Origin: Pristiophorus japonicus
Taxonomy: Eukaryota
Length of the DNA stretch: 64,000 bases
Reading direction: 5' to 3'
Assembly (NCBI RefSeq): GCF_044704955.1
Contig: NC_091999.1
Span: 50,406,001-50,470,000 of the forward strand
The translations under genes were made by a program, and so were the position numbers. Shown here one piece after another: positions 26,446 through 39,260 of this stretch; the first letter of the stretch is position 1, and each line of letters starts with the position of its first letter. The notes under the pieces were generated by a model that saw nothing but the letters and a program-made list of their open reading frames with translations, did no database searches and was not told where the DNA came from.

Positions 26446-26726
26446 ATCGTGTGGTACATCATTCAACCGTTATCCTCATGCTGACGTCCGTGAAGAAATC
26501 ACCAGCAACAAATATGCATCAGCTGTGTGTTCAATCCTCGAATTCCGTCCAAAGAGTGAGACCTTGAATTGGCTGATCACTCATGCATCAGGGCTTCGTC
26601 ACCTCTCCCATCTGTGAAGTGAACTGAAACTTCTCGGTGCCCAGTCGGCTGACATTGCCAAGGTTTCTACCTACCAGGTCTCTCATCAAGGGTTCAGACA
26701 AAGCCGAAACTTTGCCAGATCTCACG
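26446..26726 (+). pseudogene. IGHM: IgM heavy chain Cmu2 exon, pseudogenised
   Basis: Reads VVHHSTVILMLTS/fs/EEITSNKYASAVCSILEFRPKSETLNWL../MHQGFVTSPICEVN*NFSVPSRLTLP../VSTYQVSHQGFRQSRNF. This matches shark Cmu2 as recalled (PTVILT..SEEITS..ATVLCSIIDFHP..WL..GFVTSPTC.VNG.FSATSRLTV..YTCQVSHQG..QSRNI). Acceptor is CAG>CAC, donor GT>AT, with a stop and deletions. Confidence 0.9.
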
Positions 26727-27031
26727 ATAATGGAGACCAGCCCGTGGAGTCCCAAATCATTATGAGCGCGGATGTCAATCAGAGCTTTTATTCGAATTAG
26801 TAAACAGCACAGAACTTTTTTCATTGACAAACGTACAGCTTGGACTTCCTTTCGTTGTACGTCCTAATTTAAGTTCCCTCATGGTTCAGAATTCCATAAC
26901 CTCGTCAAAGGTTTCCCTGAGCGGTGATGTCGGATAGTGAGTGAGGTGTCCTTAGTCTGAGGTTTATGCTGAGAAAGCTCTATTTCTAATATACAATCGT
27001 GCTGTTTATGGTTTCTTCCATTATAATATAA

Positions 27032-27450
27032 AAGAAAGAAATGCCATGGCCGAACTCCAGTTGTCCTAAAGTGCTTCACCACCAAGGAAGTTCTTCTTGA
27101 ATTGTGGTCACTGTTTTACTGTAGAAATCGCGTCGGCCAATGTTCAGACAGTAAGGTCCCACGAACAGCAATGTGATAATGACCAGATAATCTTTTTGTT
27201 TAGTGCTGTTTGTTGAGTCGTAAGTATTGTCCAGGACAACTGGGAGAAATGCCCTGCTCATCTTCGAAATAACCCCAAGGGATATTTTCCATCCAATTCA
27301 AAGGGCAGATGGGGCCTTGGTTTCCTATCTCATCCGAAATATGGTACTCCCACAATGCAGCGCTACCTCAGTATTGCACTGGGAGTAGCAGCTTACATTT
27401 TTTGTTCAAGAATGTGGAGTGCGACTTGAACCCACAATCTTCTGATTCGG
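27032..27450 (-). mobile_element. DeuSINE
   Basis: Reverse-strand paralog of 10723-11170. Confidence 0.8.
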
Positions 27451-27489
27451 GATTCCTCATGGTTCAGGATTTAATAACCTCGCAAGATG

Positions 27490-27625
27490 TTCGCCCTGAC
27501 GAAGGGTCATCGACCTCAAACGTTAACTATTTTGTATCTCCACAGATGCTGCCTGACCCGCTGAGATTTCCAGTATTTTCTGTTTTTTTTTCAGATTGCA
27601 GCATCTGCAGTATTTTGCTCTTGCT
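27490..27625 (+). mobile_element. Penelope-like 3' end with degenerate hammerhead core
   Basis: CTGACGA-AGGGTCATCGACCT-CAAA-CGTT-AACT followed by CTCCACAGATGCTGCCTGACC. Confidence 0.6.
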
Positions 27626-27759
27626 TTCCCTCTGCTCTAATTTCAGATAATATGTCTGCTGCCCTTGGTCTCAGGTTTATACTGAGATGGAGCGACAGGC
27701 GGTGTTGGAACCCTTTGCTGGTAACTGTCTCAGGACCCACTGCTAGAAAGGGCGCCTGC

Positions 27760-28221
27760 CCTATTTAGAACATTGTGTTCAATTCCGTGCACCGCGCTGC
27801 AGGATGGATATACCGGCTTTGGAACGGGTGCAATGCAAATTCACCCGAATCATACCGGGGCTAAAATGGTTAAATAATGCGGACAGGTAGCACAGAATAG
27901 GCTTGTATTACTTTGCATTTTGAAGGTAAAGAGGTGATATAAGTTGTTTAACTTGATAAACGGAATTGTTAGGGTAGAGAGAAAATATTTCCTTGGTGCG
28001 GGATTGAGAACAAGGGGCAGAAACCCAAAATTCGAGCGAGCCCATTGAGGAGTGAGGTCAGGAAGGATTCTTTCACACAAATGATAATAGTAATCTGGAA
28101 ATCTCTCCCCCAACAGCTGTTGAGGCGGAGGATCAATTGAAAATGTCAAAACTGAGATTGATACATCTTTGTTAGGCAAGGGGTTACACAAATGAGGCGG
28201 ATAGATGATATTGAGGTATAG
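27760..28221 (+). mobile_element. Old CR1 3' fragment, host of the Gypsy insertion (continues at 32622-32690)
   Basis: LEHCVQF.. and FFTQ..IWKSLPQ. The 3'UTR resumes after the LTR element (..AATTGAATGGAGGAACAGGCTTGA..). Confidence 0.75.
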
Positions 28222-28430
28222 TATTGTGTTCCTAACACAGATGAGACTTCAGAGGAAGGTTAAAGTAACAGTGACCTCAGTCTTTATTAAGACAATCCAG
28301 AGTGAGTAACAGACCTTCGGGGCCAGCTTATATACAGTGCTCTCAAGGGATGCTGGGATCCCTTGGGTCTTCTGGGGATGCGCTCCCTGGTGGCGGAACA
28401 TGGGAGTGCATGCTTTACAGATGCACAGCA
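28222..28430 (-). repeat. 3' LTR of the Gypsy element
   Basis: Direct repeat of 32411-32621, adjacent to the PPT. Confidence 0.93.
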
Positions 28431-31400
28431 TCACTCCCCCTCAAAGTCAAAGTGAAAACTATTTACAAGGTGAGGCGGTCGGGAGCCTTTCTTTCCCTGG
28501 TGCACGGCCTTGATACAAATGTCGGTTCTGGTGTGTTGGCTGCACCCTCGCTGGGCTGGTGTGTTGTTGGCCCTGCAGAGCTGCTGGGTGAGCCTGGCCT
28601 TGCTGGGCTGTTGGGCGTGATGGGTTCGATTTCCTGGTCCGGCGTGGTGTTGTTGATCCTTTTGGTGTGTGTTATGCGCTCGAAAAATGTGGTGTCTGTT
28701 GTGGGTTGTTCAGGGCAGTCTATGAACCACAGCCTCGTGTGGTCCAAGTGCTTCTGCAAATTTGTCCATTGGCTAGTTTGAGTACAAACATCCTACTCCC
28801 TTCTTTAGCTATCACCCTGCCCGCGATCCACTTCGGACCATGTCCATAGTTTAGTACATACACAGGGTCATTCAGATCAATTTCCCCTGACACAGTGGCG
28901 CGACCATCGTTTACATTTTGTTGCTGCCGCCTGCTCTCTACCTGGTCATGCAGGTTGTGGAGAACCAGTGAGAGTCTGGTTTTAAGTGTCCTTTTCATGA
29001 ATAGCTCAGCCGGGGGAACCCCTGTGAGTGAGTGGGGTCACGTGCAGTAGCTGAGCAGCACTCGGGACAGGCGGGTTTCGAGTAAGCCTTCTGTAACTTG
29101 TTTGAGGCTCTGTTTGATTGTTTGTACTGCCCGCTCTGCCTGCTCATTGGAGGATGGTTCAAACGGGGCAGAGGTGACATGTTTGATCCCATTGCGGGTC
29201 ATGAATTCTTTAAATTCGGCACTGGTGAAACATGGCCCGTTGTCACTGACCAGTATGTCAGGCTGGCCGTGGGCGGCAAACATGGCCCTCAGGCTTTCAA
29301 TGATGGCGGTGGCGGTGCTTCCCGACATTATTTCACATTCAATCCATTTTGAAAAATCATCCACCACCACCAGGAACATTATACCGAGAAACGGGCCCGC
29401 ATAGTCGACATGGATCCTCGATCATGGTCTGGAGGGCCAGGACTACAAATTTAGTGGTGCCTCTCTGGGCGTGTTGCTCAACTGAGCACGCATGCTGCAT
29501 TGGCATACACAAGACTTCAAGTCAGAGTCGATACCGGGCCACCACACGTGGGATCTGGCTATCGCTTTCATCATTACTTTACCCGGTGGTGTGCTTTGGA
29601 GATCCGAGATGAACGTCTCCCTGCCCGTTTTGGGTAGCACTAGGCGGTTACTGCACAACAGGCAGTCTGCCTGAATGGACAGCTTGTCCTTTCACCGCTG
29701 GAACGGCTTGATTAGCTTTTGCATTTCAACGGGTTTGCTGGCCCAGCTCGTATGCAGTACACAGTTTTTTACTCGGGACAAAAGGGGTTCTTGGCTGATC
29801 CAAGTCCGAATCTGGTGGTCCGTGATCGGTGATTTATCATTTTCAAAAGCTTCCATGCCCATCAACAAGTCTGCGGGCTGCGCCACCGTCAATAAGTTTG
29901 CAGGCTGCGCCATTTACACCCCCATGGTGGGCAATGGTAGCCAACTGAGAACAACTGCACAGTTATCGGTGCCTGGCCTGTGGCGGATGGTATAGTTATA
30001 CGCTGATAGTGCGAGTGCCCACCTTTGTATGCGGGATGAGACATTAGTATTTATCCCCTTGTTTTCAGTGAACAGGGATATGAGGGGCTTGTGATCGGTT
30101 TCTAGCTCAAATATGAGGCCAAACAGGTACTGACGCATTTTCTTTACCCCGAACACACACGTTAATGCGTTTTTATCAATCATTCTGTAGGCCCTCTCGG
30201 CCTTAGACAAGCTCCTGGAGGCATAGGCGACAGGTTGCAACTTCTCCGCATTGTTAGCTTGTTGTAATACACACTCGACTCTGTACGACGACGCATCACA
30301 TGCTAGCACAAGTCTTTTACATGGGTTATGCAATACAAGCAGCTTGATGGAGCATAAAATATTTCTGGCTTTCTCAAAAGCAATACTTGTTTTTTTCCCC
30401 ATAACCAGTTCTCACCTTTAGGCAATAACACATGTAGGTGCTCTAAGAGGATGCTTAACCCCGGTAGGAAGTAATCAAAATAGTTAAGGAGTCCCAGGTA
30501 CGACCGCAGCTGAAGGACCTCCTCCAAGTTTTGTAGGTGCTCGATGGTGTCCCGACCTGTGACCAATATGTCGTCCTGAAAAACCACCGTGCGGGGTACT
30601 GACTTGAGTAGGCTCTCCGTGTTTCTCTGGAAGATCGCTGCAGCCGACCGAGTTCCAAATGGGTATCTGTAGTAGATGAACAATCCTTTTGCATGTTGAT
30701 GCAGGTGAGGCCATTCGAAGACACCTCCAGCTCTTGCATCATGTAGGCCGAAGTTAGGTCGAGCTTGGCCAACATCTTGCCTCCTGCCAGCGTCGCAAAT
30801 ACGTCATCTGCCTTAGGTAGTGGGTATTTGTCCTGTAGAGAGAAACGATTAATAGTTACTTTATAATCGCCACAAATCCAGACCGTGCCATCACTTTTGA
30901 GTACTGAAACAATCGGGCTGGCCCACTCGCTGAATTCTACTGGGGAGATCATGCCCTCGCGTTGCAGCTGTCCAGCTCGATTTCCACTCTGTCCCTCATC
31001 ATGTGCAGTACCTCTCGCGCCTTGTGGTGAAAGGGTCGTGCCTCTGGGACCAAGTGGCACCTTCGCCCGGAAATGTTTCCAATGCCTGGCTCAAAAAGGA
31101 AGGACAGTTTTGAAGAACCTGTGATAGCGCTCGGAAGTCATCCCAGTTCCGGCGGATTTTGCCCAGTCAGCTCCTTCCAAGCAGTGTGGGTCATCCCCCG
31201 GGACAAACCAGAGTGGCAGTTCATGCACCGTGCCCTCGTAGGTGACGTTGACCATGGCGCTGCCCAGGACAGTGATAAGCTATTTGGTGCAAGTTATCTG
31301 TTTCGTGTGGATGGGGATTAGGGATGGTCTGAGTGCCTTGTTGCACCACAGTCTCTGAAACATCTTTTTACTCAAGGTAGATTGGCTAGCGCCAGTGTCC

Positions 31401-32410
31401 AGTTCAATGGCTACGGGTAAGCAATTCTATTTTATATTTAGCATTATAGGTGGACATTTCATCAAAAATGTGTGAACCCAGTGTATTTCACCATCTGCCT
31501 CCTCTCCCTGAGGCTCGAAATAGCTTTGATCCACCATGGGCCGATCTTCCTCTGCCACGTGGTGGTTAGCACGTTTTGCCGAGCTTGCAGCTCATCTGCA
31601 AGCTCGTTGGAGGAGCTCCATTGTTCCACAGCTCTTGCAACCATACCCTTTGGAGCGGCATGAATAGGCTGAATGGAAGCCTCCACAAAGCCGTCAAGGT
31701 GGAATTGCCTTGCATTAATCCTTTAGCTCTGAGTCATCTGGGTCACCTGAGGCCTTCTGGCAGTTGCAGACTCGTGGGTTCTGCCCTGTACATTTCTGCT
31801 CGAAAACACAGTTCCAGTTAATTTATGAACATTGCTAGCACTTGTGTACTGAGAGATTTGTTTGCTGTTTTCACTGGTGGACATAAACGCCTGTGCTATC
31901 GCAGTGGCCTTAATGAGTGTAGGTGTCTCTACAGTCAAAATTTTCATAGGATGGTCTCGTGTCCAATACCCAGTACAAAAAATCTGAGCATTTGCTCCAG
32001 GTAGCCATTAAACTTACATTGTCCTGCAAGTTACCTTAGCTCAGCGACGCAGCTCGCCAATTCCTGACCTTCAGATCGCTGGCACATGTAGAACCGATAC
32101 CTCGCCATCAACACGCTCTCCCTCAGGTTAAGATGCTCGCAAACCAGTGTACAGTGCTCCTCATATGACATATCTGTGGGTTTCACCAGAGCCAGAAGAA
32201 ACTTCATGAGGCTGTAGGTCGGTGCCCCGCACACCATGAGGAGCACCGCTCTCTTTTTTCCATTGCTTCCTTCTCCATCCAGCTCGTTGGCTACAAAGTA
32301 CTGGTCTAGCCGTGCGACATCCACTTCCCAGTCCTCACCATCCGAGAAATTCTCCAGGATGCCCACAGTTTGGTGCATCTTTGCGTTGGATTCGTATACT
32401 CGTCGCCAGT

Positions 32411-32621
32411 TATTGTGTTCCAAACACAGATGAGACTGCACACAGGGAGGTTAAATTAACAGTGACCTCAGTCTTTATTAAGACACTCCAGAATGATTAA
32501 CAGGCCTTAAAGGCCGGCTTATATACAGTGCTCTCAAGGGATGCTGGGATCCCTTGGGACTTCAGGGAATGCGCTGCGAGGTGTCGGAACATGGGAATGC
32601 ATGCTATACAGATACACAACA
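32411..32621 (-). repeat. 5' LTR of the Gypsy element
   Basis: Direct repeat of 28222-28430, adjacent to the PBS. Confidence 0.93.
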
Positions 32622-33352
32622 TGCAGGTCATCCAAGAACTAATTGAATGGAGGAACAGGCTTGATGGACTGAAATTCATATTTCCTTCTGACACTCTTTA
32701 ACAAGGCATGATAAAGGCTCACTAATGATAGAAATGAAAAAACTACTTCACACCAACATTACAAATGATTCCCAAACACAAAAGACCCCTTGGAATGCCA
32801 TTCTCCCGACTTTTCTCCTTGGATGGGGGCTGCAAGTGCTGCTTGTACATTTTCATCGCCCCAAAAATCACAAGACACCAGGATATTAACTGTATTTCGT
32901 TTCGATTCTAAAATCCTGAGTTGGATTTGTTATTCGTTTTGAGCCAGTGTAAGTTTCGTGTTGAGCTCTTGAACCTGGGGCAGAGTCATTTTTAAAACGG
33001 TGATAACGTTTGGGCACAAGGATCTTTAGTCGGGCGTAATGGAACAAGGGTTTTCGGGAGGAGCGCTATTCAATTCGTAACACTATTGTGCATGAATGTA
33101 TTTAATGTTTTACGCCGGGTATTTGCTTCACAGCACATTACAGGTGGCTCTGGATGTAAACACACAGAAAATTTGAAAGATTCTCCCGGGCACGTTGCCA
33201 ATCTGTTGTCCTTCCAATAACGATTTGTTTAAGCGACAGCGAGTGCTTGATATCTCAAAGGTGATTTATTCTTCTTGGGGGAATGAAGGGTGCATGCTGT
33301 TACCCTGATTGTGAAGATGAAGCTTGGCTTGATTTATATTTCTGCTTCACAG

Positions 33353-33642
33353 AATATATCCAATGCAGAAATCACTCTTCTGCAACCGTAAGTAGAACAG
33401 GTCTTACTTGAGACATTATCCTGTGTCGTGTCTAATGGTCCTTATGGAATCAAAATATCCAGGACTCGAGAAAAGGAAACTTGGAAATCAAAGATTGCCG
33501 TCGAAGTCGGCGAAGCTCCCAACAGTGTGATCAGCAACATAAACATCTCGAAACAAACCTGGCTAAGCGGTGTTGAGTTCTGCTCCGTGATGAGGCACCA
33601 TTATTATAGCGACTATAAGAGATTCCATCCACAAGGAAAAGG
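33353..33642 (+). pseudogene. IGHM: IgM heavy chain Cmu3 exon, pseudogenised
   Basis: After TTCACAG reads [75 protein letters not shown]/fs/IRDSIHKEK. Shark Cmu3 as recalled: [41 protein letters not shown]. Has a stop, a frameshift and a GT>AT donor. Confidence 0.92.
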
Positions 33643-34128
33643 ATGAGCGGAGAAATTGTAGCAACAAGTGAGACGCTCTGACTATTTCCGTGCATGTGCT
33701 AATTGGCTCTATTAAGTGTGTTAATGGATTGCTCTGATAATTGAATTGGTAATTCCACTAAATAATCCGACTGGGACCCGAAATTATGCACTTAAGTGGA
33801 ATCTGGATAAGTCCATGAGGGAAAAAGGGAAATATATTTTATTTGTGTTGGATAAAATTAGCTGGACGAGGCTCGTTTGGAGCATAAACAACGATAATGA
33901 CCAGTTGGGAAGAAAATGCTATGTTATTTTCCATTCCGACTCCTAAAGGACCCAGAGAGAATGATTGCATCCCCCTCTGCTCCGTGCTGCAAAGCCAGAC
34001 AGGCCACAGGGGGGAAAAAGGGAATCCTTTAAAAATCAGCGCAAAGCACATTTCTCTCACATCTAACCACCGGTTCCTTTGTCTCTGGAATTATCCAGTT
34101 TATTGACTTTTAAATAATTGTTCTGCAG

Positions 34129-34520
34129 CTAAAGATCCGCGGGAACCGGCCGTGTCTGTCCTCCTGCCCTCGGCAGAAGAAGTCTCCGTTCAAACTTTCT
34201 TTACCTTCAACTGCTTAATGAGAGGTTTCTCCCCCCAAGAGATCTTCGTCAAATGGACCATCAATGACAAGCCGATAGATTCCGGCAACAACAAGAACAC
34301 CGAGGTGATGGCGGAGAACGGCAGCAGCTCCTTCTTCATCTACAGCCTGCTATCCATTGCAGCCGAGGAGTGGGCCAACGGCGTTTCTTACTCCTGTGTG
34401 ATGAGACATGAAGCGATCCCCTTCAAGATCAACAACAAAACCGTTAATAAGTCCAGTGGTAAACTGACTTTTGTGAACATTTCATTAAAGCTGGTAGATA
34501 CGGTGAATTCTTGTCAATGA
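34129..34520 (+). pseudogene. IGHM: IgM heavy chain Cmu4 exon plus secretory tailpiece (open frame, in a disrupted gene)
   Basis: TTCTGCAG acceptor, then [84 protein letters not shown]|[19 protein letters not shown]. Internal donor G|GTAAA at 34459. The tailpiece keeps the NIS sequon and the penultimate Cys. Confidence 0.96.
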
Positions 34521-34548
34521 GAATCTCTCGATTGCATTTAAATTCTTA

Positions 34549-34554
34549 AATAAA
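34549..34554 (+). terminator. Polyadenylation signal for secreted mu
   Basis: AATAAA starting 29 nt after the tailpiece stop. Confidence 0.7.
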
Positions 34555-34974
34555 ATACTGTAAAGGCCTTTTCTTCCAATTGCGAGTTAAATACATAGCC
34601 ACTCAATTAATATTGTTTTTCTACCCATTTTTCCGAATGCGGGAGGCTGCTAAACTGAAGCAGGCTATTTACAGGAGTCGGGTCCAAGGCTTGTACAGCC
34701 AAAGTTCCCAGCTCAGATAAACCACTGGTTGGAGACAGGGTGAAGCTCTTTCATGACAGGTTTCCTCAATGTAACTTCAGCAAATTTCCTCCCACTGGAG
34801 GAATCTTTAACGTTCCCATTTCCGACAAACAAATGCAGCCATTTAGATATTGGCGTCCCTGTTTCTCATGTTGTCCATCCCTTCAGAATTGAGGCCAGTT
34901 TTATTTTGAAGCTTCGCATCTTCTGGAAACTGAAAAGAGGGCCAGACACGTACATGAACTGCACCTCCCATTAT

Positions 34975-35295
34975 CACACCAGAAAGAGAGGACAGGGAAT
35001 GTTTAACCCACTGTACCTTCAACTCGCCAGCAGAGAGAGGGGAAAGGATAATGGTTAACACCCTGTACCTCACACTCAACCACCAGAGATAGGGGAAGGA
35101 CAATCGTTAACCCAATGTACCTCACACTCAACCACCAGAGAGAGGGGAAAGGACAAGTGTTAATCCAATGTACCTCACAATCAACCACCAGAGGGAGGGG
35201 AATGGACAATTGTTAACCCAATGTACCTCAAACTCAACCACCAGAGAGATGGGAAAGGACAATTGTTAACCCAAAGTACCTCACACGCCCACCAT
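34975..35295. repeat. ~58-bp minisatellite (5-6 units) in the Cmu4-TM intron
   Basis: Unit GGAAAGGACAATTGTTAACCCAATGTACCTCACACTCAACCACCAGAGAGA. Confidence 0.9.
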
Positions 35296-35889
35296 CCGCC
35301 CCCCGTCCCTACCGCAGAGAGGGGAAGTCAACCGATCTCTATTCTGTGAACTCAGTAGCAACCAGTAAAATGATAGATTTCAACTCGCTGTCAGAAAACG
35401 TTAAACTTGCCGAATATGCATCATATTGTATAATAAATTTTGTTCAACATTTTAGCTTTAACTAGTATTTGGCTAAATCTATATCAGTTATTCGTAAACT
35501 AACTGATTGAATTTTAATAGTCAAAATGTAAACTAGTTATTCAATCCTCTGCAGGTTTTTCATGGTTATCTCCAAGATAGGTCCGAGGCCCATCGTTGAA
35601 TTGTTGAAATCCATCAACTGACATCGCATTGCGTCTCACACGGAAACACTTTTACATAGAGCTGGCGAGAATGCCTGTAAACGTGCGTGTGTGTCTTTAT
35701 GTGAACGTGTGTTCGTTGTTGTGTGTAAATTTGCGTGGTTTTGTGTAAGTGCACACTTCCATACAAACACACTCAGACTTACAAATAAACAAACAATCTT
35801 CATACTAACACAGAATAATATAGGTATCCAGAATATAATGCACACTGTTATTGTCACACTCGGTTAGTGGTACTCTCTGAAACTTTGAG

Positions 35890-36340
35890 TAAACATACAC
35901 AGTCTTACACAAAGTACACAAACACACGCATTAACACACAGATTTACACACGCATAACCACACATATCAACACAAACACACATACACAAATCACACACAC
36001 AGATACACACGCAGTTACACTCAAACTCACACAGTTACACATAAAAACACAAACATAGACCTCAACATACAAAAACGCTTACATATCCACATAAGGTACA
36101 TGCACATTGCTACACATAACACGCACACTTATATATGTAAATACACTTATACAAAAACACACAAAGACTTACATATAAACATACACACACTTACATAAAC
36201 ACTCGCACAATTATATATAACACACACAGTTACATATTAACATAAACATTAAAACACAAACACAGGGAAAACGAAAACAAGAGATCATGATCCACACATA
36301 TGCAAACAGTAAAGCGCACAAAACACATCAGGATATAAAC
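35890..36340. repeat. CA-rich low-complexity tract
   Basis: Degenerate (CA)n/(CATA)n. Confidence 0.85.
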
Positions 36341-36923
36341 ATATGTGGAATTCAATGCACTTTTTATATAGGCACAGCATGGAACGATTGCACTGAATAA
36401 AAAATTCCTGAAAACATAATTCTCACTTTCTCAATTCCAACACTGAATCCATGTTCTTGTTGGAAACTGATACAAGTTAATTATGTTCAGAACACAGCCA
36501 TAACAAGTAAATAAACAATATTATAACTCACAACTGATCACTTACCTTGTCTCCTTGACAGTCTCCAAATAAGTAGCTATCTAAACCTATCGTTAAATTA
36601 TCGATATCAATCAGTAAACCTCCCTCGATCTTACATTATACTATTCCCGAATGGTAGAATGTAGAAAATTGATGCAAGATCAATTGAAGGCAACATTCAT
36701 ATTTTCCAACAAGGACTATAAGAGGATCATAAAGGAAGAATGACTGTGGAGGTAGGAACAGAGATAGATGGCCGAGAGTGATTAACATAACACAAGGTAT
36801 ATATTGACAATTAAATTAGAGAACAAAATAATAATTCATGGAAAAGAAAAGAGAATATATGATCACATGATATCTTGGTTACATAAGCGATCTCGATATA
36901 TTTCTATCTCTTCATCCCCGTAG

Positions 36924-37051
36924 ATTCCTCAGACCACATCTCGAGTGAAGACTATGAGGATGAGTGCGACAACATCTGGACAACCGCTTCCACATTCATC
37001 ATCCTGTTCTTCCTGAGAATTTCCTACAGCGCTGCCGTCACTCTGATGAAA
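36924..37051 (+). pseudogene. IGHM: IgM transmembrane exon TM1
   Basis: CCCCGTAG acceptor, then DSSDHISSEDYEDECDNIWTTASTFIILFFLRISYSAAVTLMK (antigen-receptor TM motif). The donor reads GC rather than GT. Confidence 0.93.
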
Positions 37052-37189
37052 GCGAGAAGATTCAATCCATTTACATCGATCTGTTTGAAGCGGTTTGACA
37101 AATCTCTGGATGTTTCATTGATAAAAACCTTGCGATAAATGCCCCATACCACTAGATCTTCACTTCACTCTTTAATACCTCTTTTACAG

Positions 37190-37198
37190 GTCAACTGA
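37190..37198 (+). pseudogene. IGHM: IgM cytoplasmic exon TM2 (coding part)
   Basis: CTTTTACAG|GTC AAC TGA gives V-N-stop, so the tail is KVN instead of KVK. Candidate AATAAA signals lie at 37261, 37644 and 37843. Confidence 0.8.
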
Positions 37199-37929
37199 AC
37201 GGTTGAATTTCGGATGCCGTGGATTTTCCTCTCTGTTTATTAACAACTCTGTGTCCTGAAAATAAATATGTCCATCGTGATTCTCAGAGTAAAATGTTTC
37301 AATTAATAGTTCCGAATCTCTAGCTGAGAATATCATAACCGGGATTTCCATCTTTCTGTTTGAAATGTGTGAGATAATCGTGGCCATAATGTAAATATAT
37401 CTCAGAGTTTCACCGTTTTTTGAATATTTCTTGGGGAAATAAGTCACTTTTCTAGTTCCTAATTCTCAATTATTCCCTTCCTTTTATGTTGATCCCTTAT
37501 TTTCTCTCCCAGATGCCTGTTTCATTTGTACAGATAGCCGGCCAGCTCAGACCACCGGTGTTGTGGTCTCAATGTGCTGTTATATTCACTTTATGCTACA
37601 TTTTTGAAAAACTTCTCTACAAATTGTTCTTTGCGAAATTGTTAATAAATCTGGAATGGCGATTGGACTAAGTTGGAAATGTTGTTGAATTCCTTTCTAG
37701 GAGGCTCATCCGCACCGTTGCATATCCCATTACACTTTGTTTTATTTCCCTGACTGATATTTTTTACAGATCCTGTTTTGGTTTTGTTTCAATCCAAGTC
37801 CCTTCGGTTAAGGAGCCACTGTGCCACCCAGTTTCCCATCAGAATAAAGACACCTTTATCTCTGCATTTGTAAGTCAAGTCCCAGAGTGCAATTGACAGC
37901 ACAGCGACAACGCAGTACCTCTAACATTA

Positions 37930-39260
37930 TGGTCTGTCACAGTCATATGTCAGGTTCTATTAAAGAGCAAGGGGAGAGGAAGAAGAATGGAAGAGCTGTA
38001 GTGGTTGGGGCTTCAATAGTCAGGGAAGCAGACAATCAGTTCTGCGGCCGCAGCTGTGACTCCAGGATGGTATGTTGCCTCACTGCAGCTCGGGTCAAGG
38101 ATGTCACCGAACGGTTGCAGGGCTTTCTGGGTGGAGGAGGATGAACAGCCAGAGGTCCTGATCCGTATCGGGACAAACGTCATGGGTAGTAAGAGGGATG
38201 AGGTTCTGCAGGCAGAATTTAGGGAGCTAGGAGACAGATTAAAAAGCAAGACCTCAAAACTAGTAATCTCCAGATTAATCCAGTTGTCAAGAGCTAGTGA
38301 GTACGGAAATAGGAGAATAGAGCAGGTAGATGTGTGACTGATTGAAATAGTACAAGAGGGAGGGCTTTCGAATCCTGAAGCATTGGAACCGCTTCTGGTG
38401 GAGGTGTGACCTGTACAAGCCAGAACGGGTTTCACCTCAACAGAGCCGGACCAATATCCACGCGGGTTGGTCGGGTGGGGTTGCGGGGGTTGAGAGGGGT
38501 TGATCGTGCTGTTGCGGAGGGTTTAGATTATCTTGGCTTGGGAATAGGAACAGGAGAATAGATTCTCTTTGAAGGGGAATTAATAATGGAGCGCAGGGAA
38601 ATGGCAGAGACGTTGAACAAATATTTTGTACCGGTATTCACGGTAGAAAACCCCAAAAACATCCCAATAGTGGATAATCAAGGGGCTATAGGTAGCGAGG
38701 AACTTAATCCAATCACTATCACTAATGAAGTAGTATTAGGTAAAATAATGGGACTAAAGTTGGACAAGTCTCCTGGACCTGATGCATTATATCTTAGGAT
38801 CTTTAGAGAAGTGGCTGCAGAGATAGTAGATGCATTTGTTGTAATCTACCAAAATTCCCTGGATTCTGGGGTGGTCCCATCAGATTGGAAAACCACAAAT
38901 GTAATGCGACTATTTCAAAAATCAGGCAGCTACAAATTAGGAAACTAGACCAGTTAGCCAAATATCTGTCATTGTGAAAATGCTGGAGTCCATTATTAAG
39001 GAAGCAGTAGCGGGACATTTGGAAAGCAGGATCCAATCAAGAAGAGTCTGCATGTTTTTATGAAAGGGAAATCACGTTTGGAAAATTTGCTGGAGTGGGT
39101 AACGAGCAGGGTGGATAAAGGATAATCATTAGATGTGTTGTATTTGGATTTCCAGAAGGCATTCGATAATGTACCACATAAGTGGTTACTGCACAAATTA
39201 AAAGCTCACCTGGTTGTGTAATATATTACCATTGATTGAAGATTGACTAACTAACAGAGC
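37930..39260 (+). mobile_element. CR1 fragments: ORF1 esterase region, then ORF2 RT region after an internal deletion
   Basis: AVVVGASIVR..FCGRSCDSRMVCCL..ARVKDV, then KSPGPDALYLRIFREVAAEIVD and YLDFQKAFD. Confidence 0.9.

Larger units (their letters stand above)
28222..32621 (-). mobile_element. Ty3/Gypsy LTR retrotransposon with both LTRs and a degenerate gag-pol
   Basis: LTRs at 28222-28430 and 32411-32621. PBS TGGCGACGAG (32399-32408) and PPT GAGGGGGAGTGA (28431-28442). Domain order is gag, RT (SEWASPIV, CGDYK, FQDD), RNase H (LACDASSY), integrase (HVWWPG, SDNGP). Decayed TSD TATAG/TGCAG. Confidence 0.95.

Noticed and set aside
34975-35295. Regular repeats here and at 49588-49879 as CRISPR-like arrays
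   Set aside because: They are head-to-tail tandem units with no unique spacers, in a vertebrate context with no cas genes.
37780-37823. GGTTTTGTT ... CACTGTG resembling a J-type RSS
   Set aside because: The spacing is 28 nt and no J coding sequence follows.
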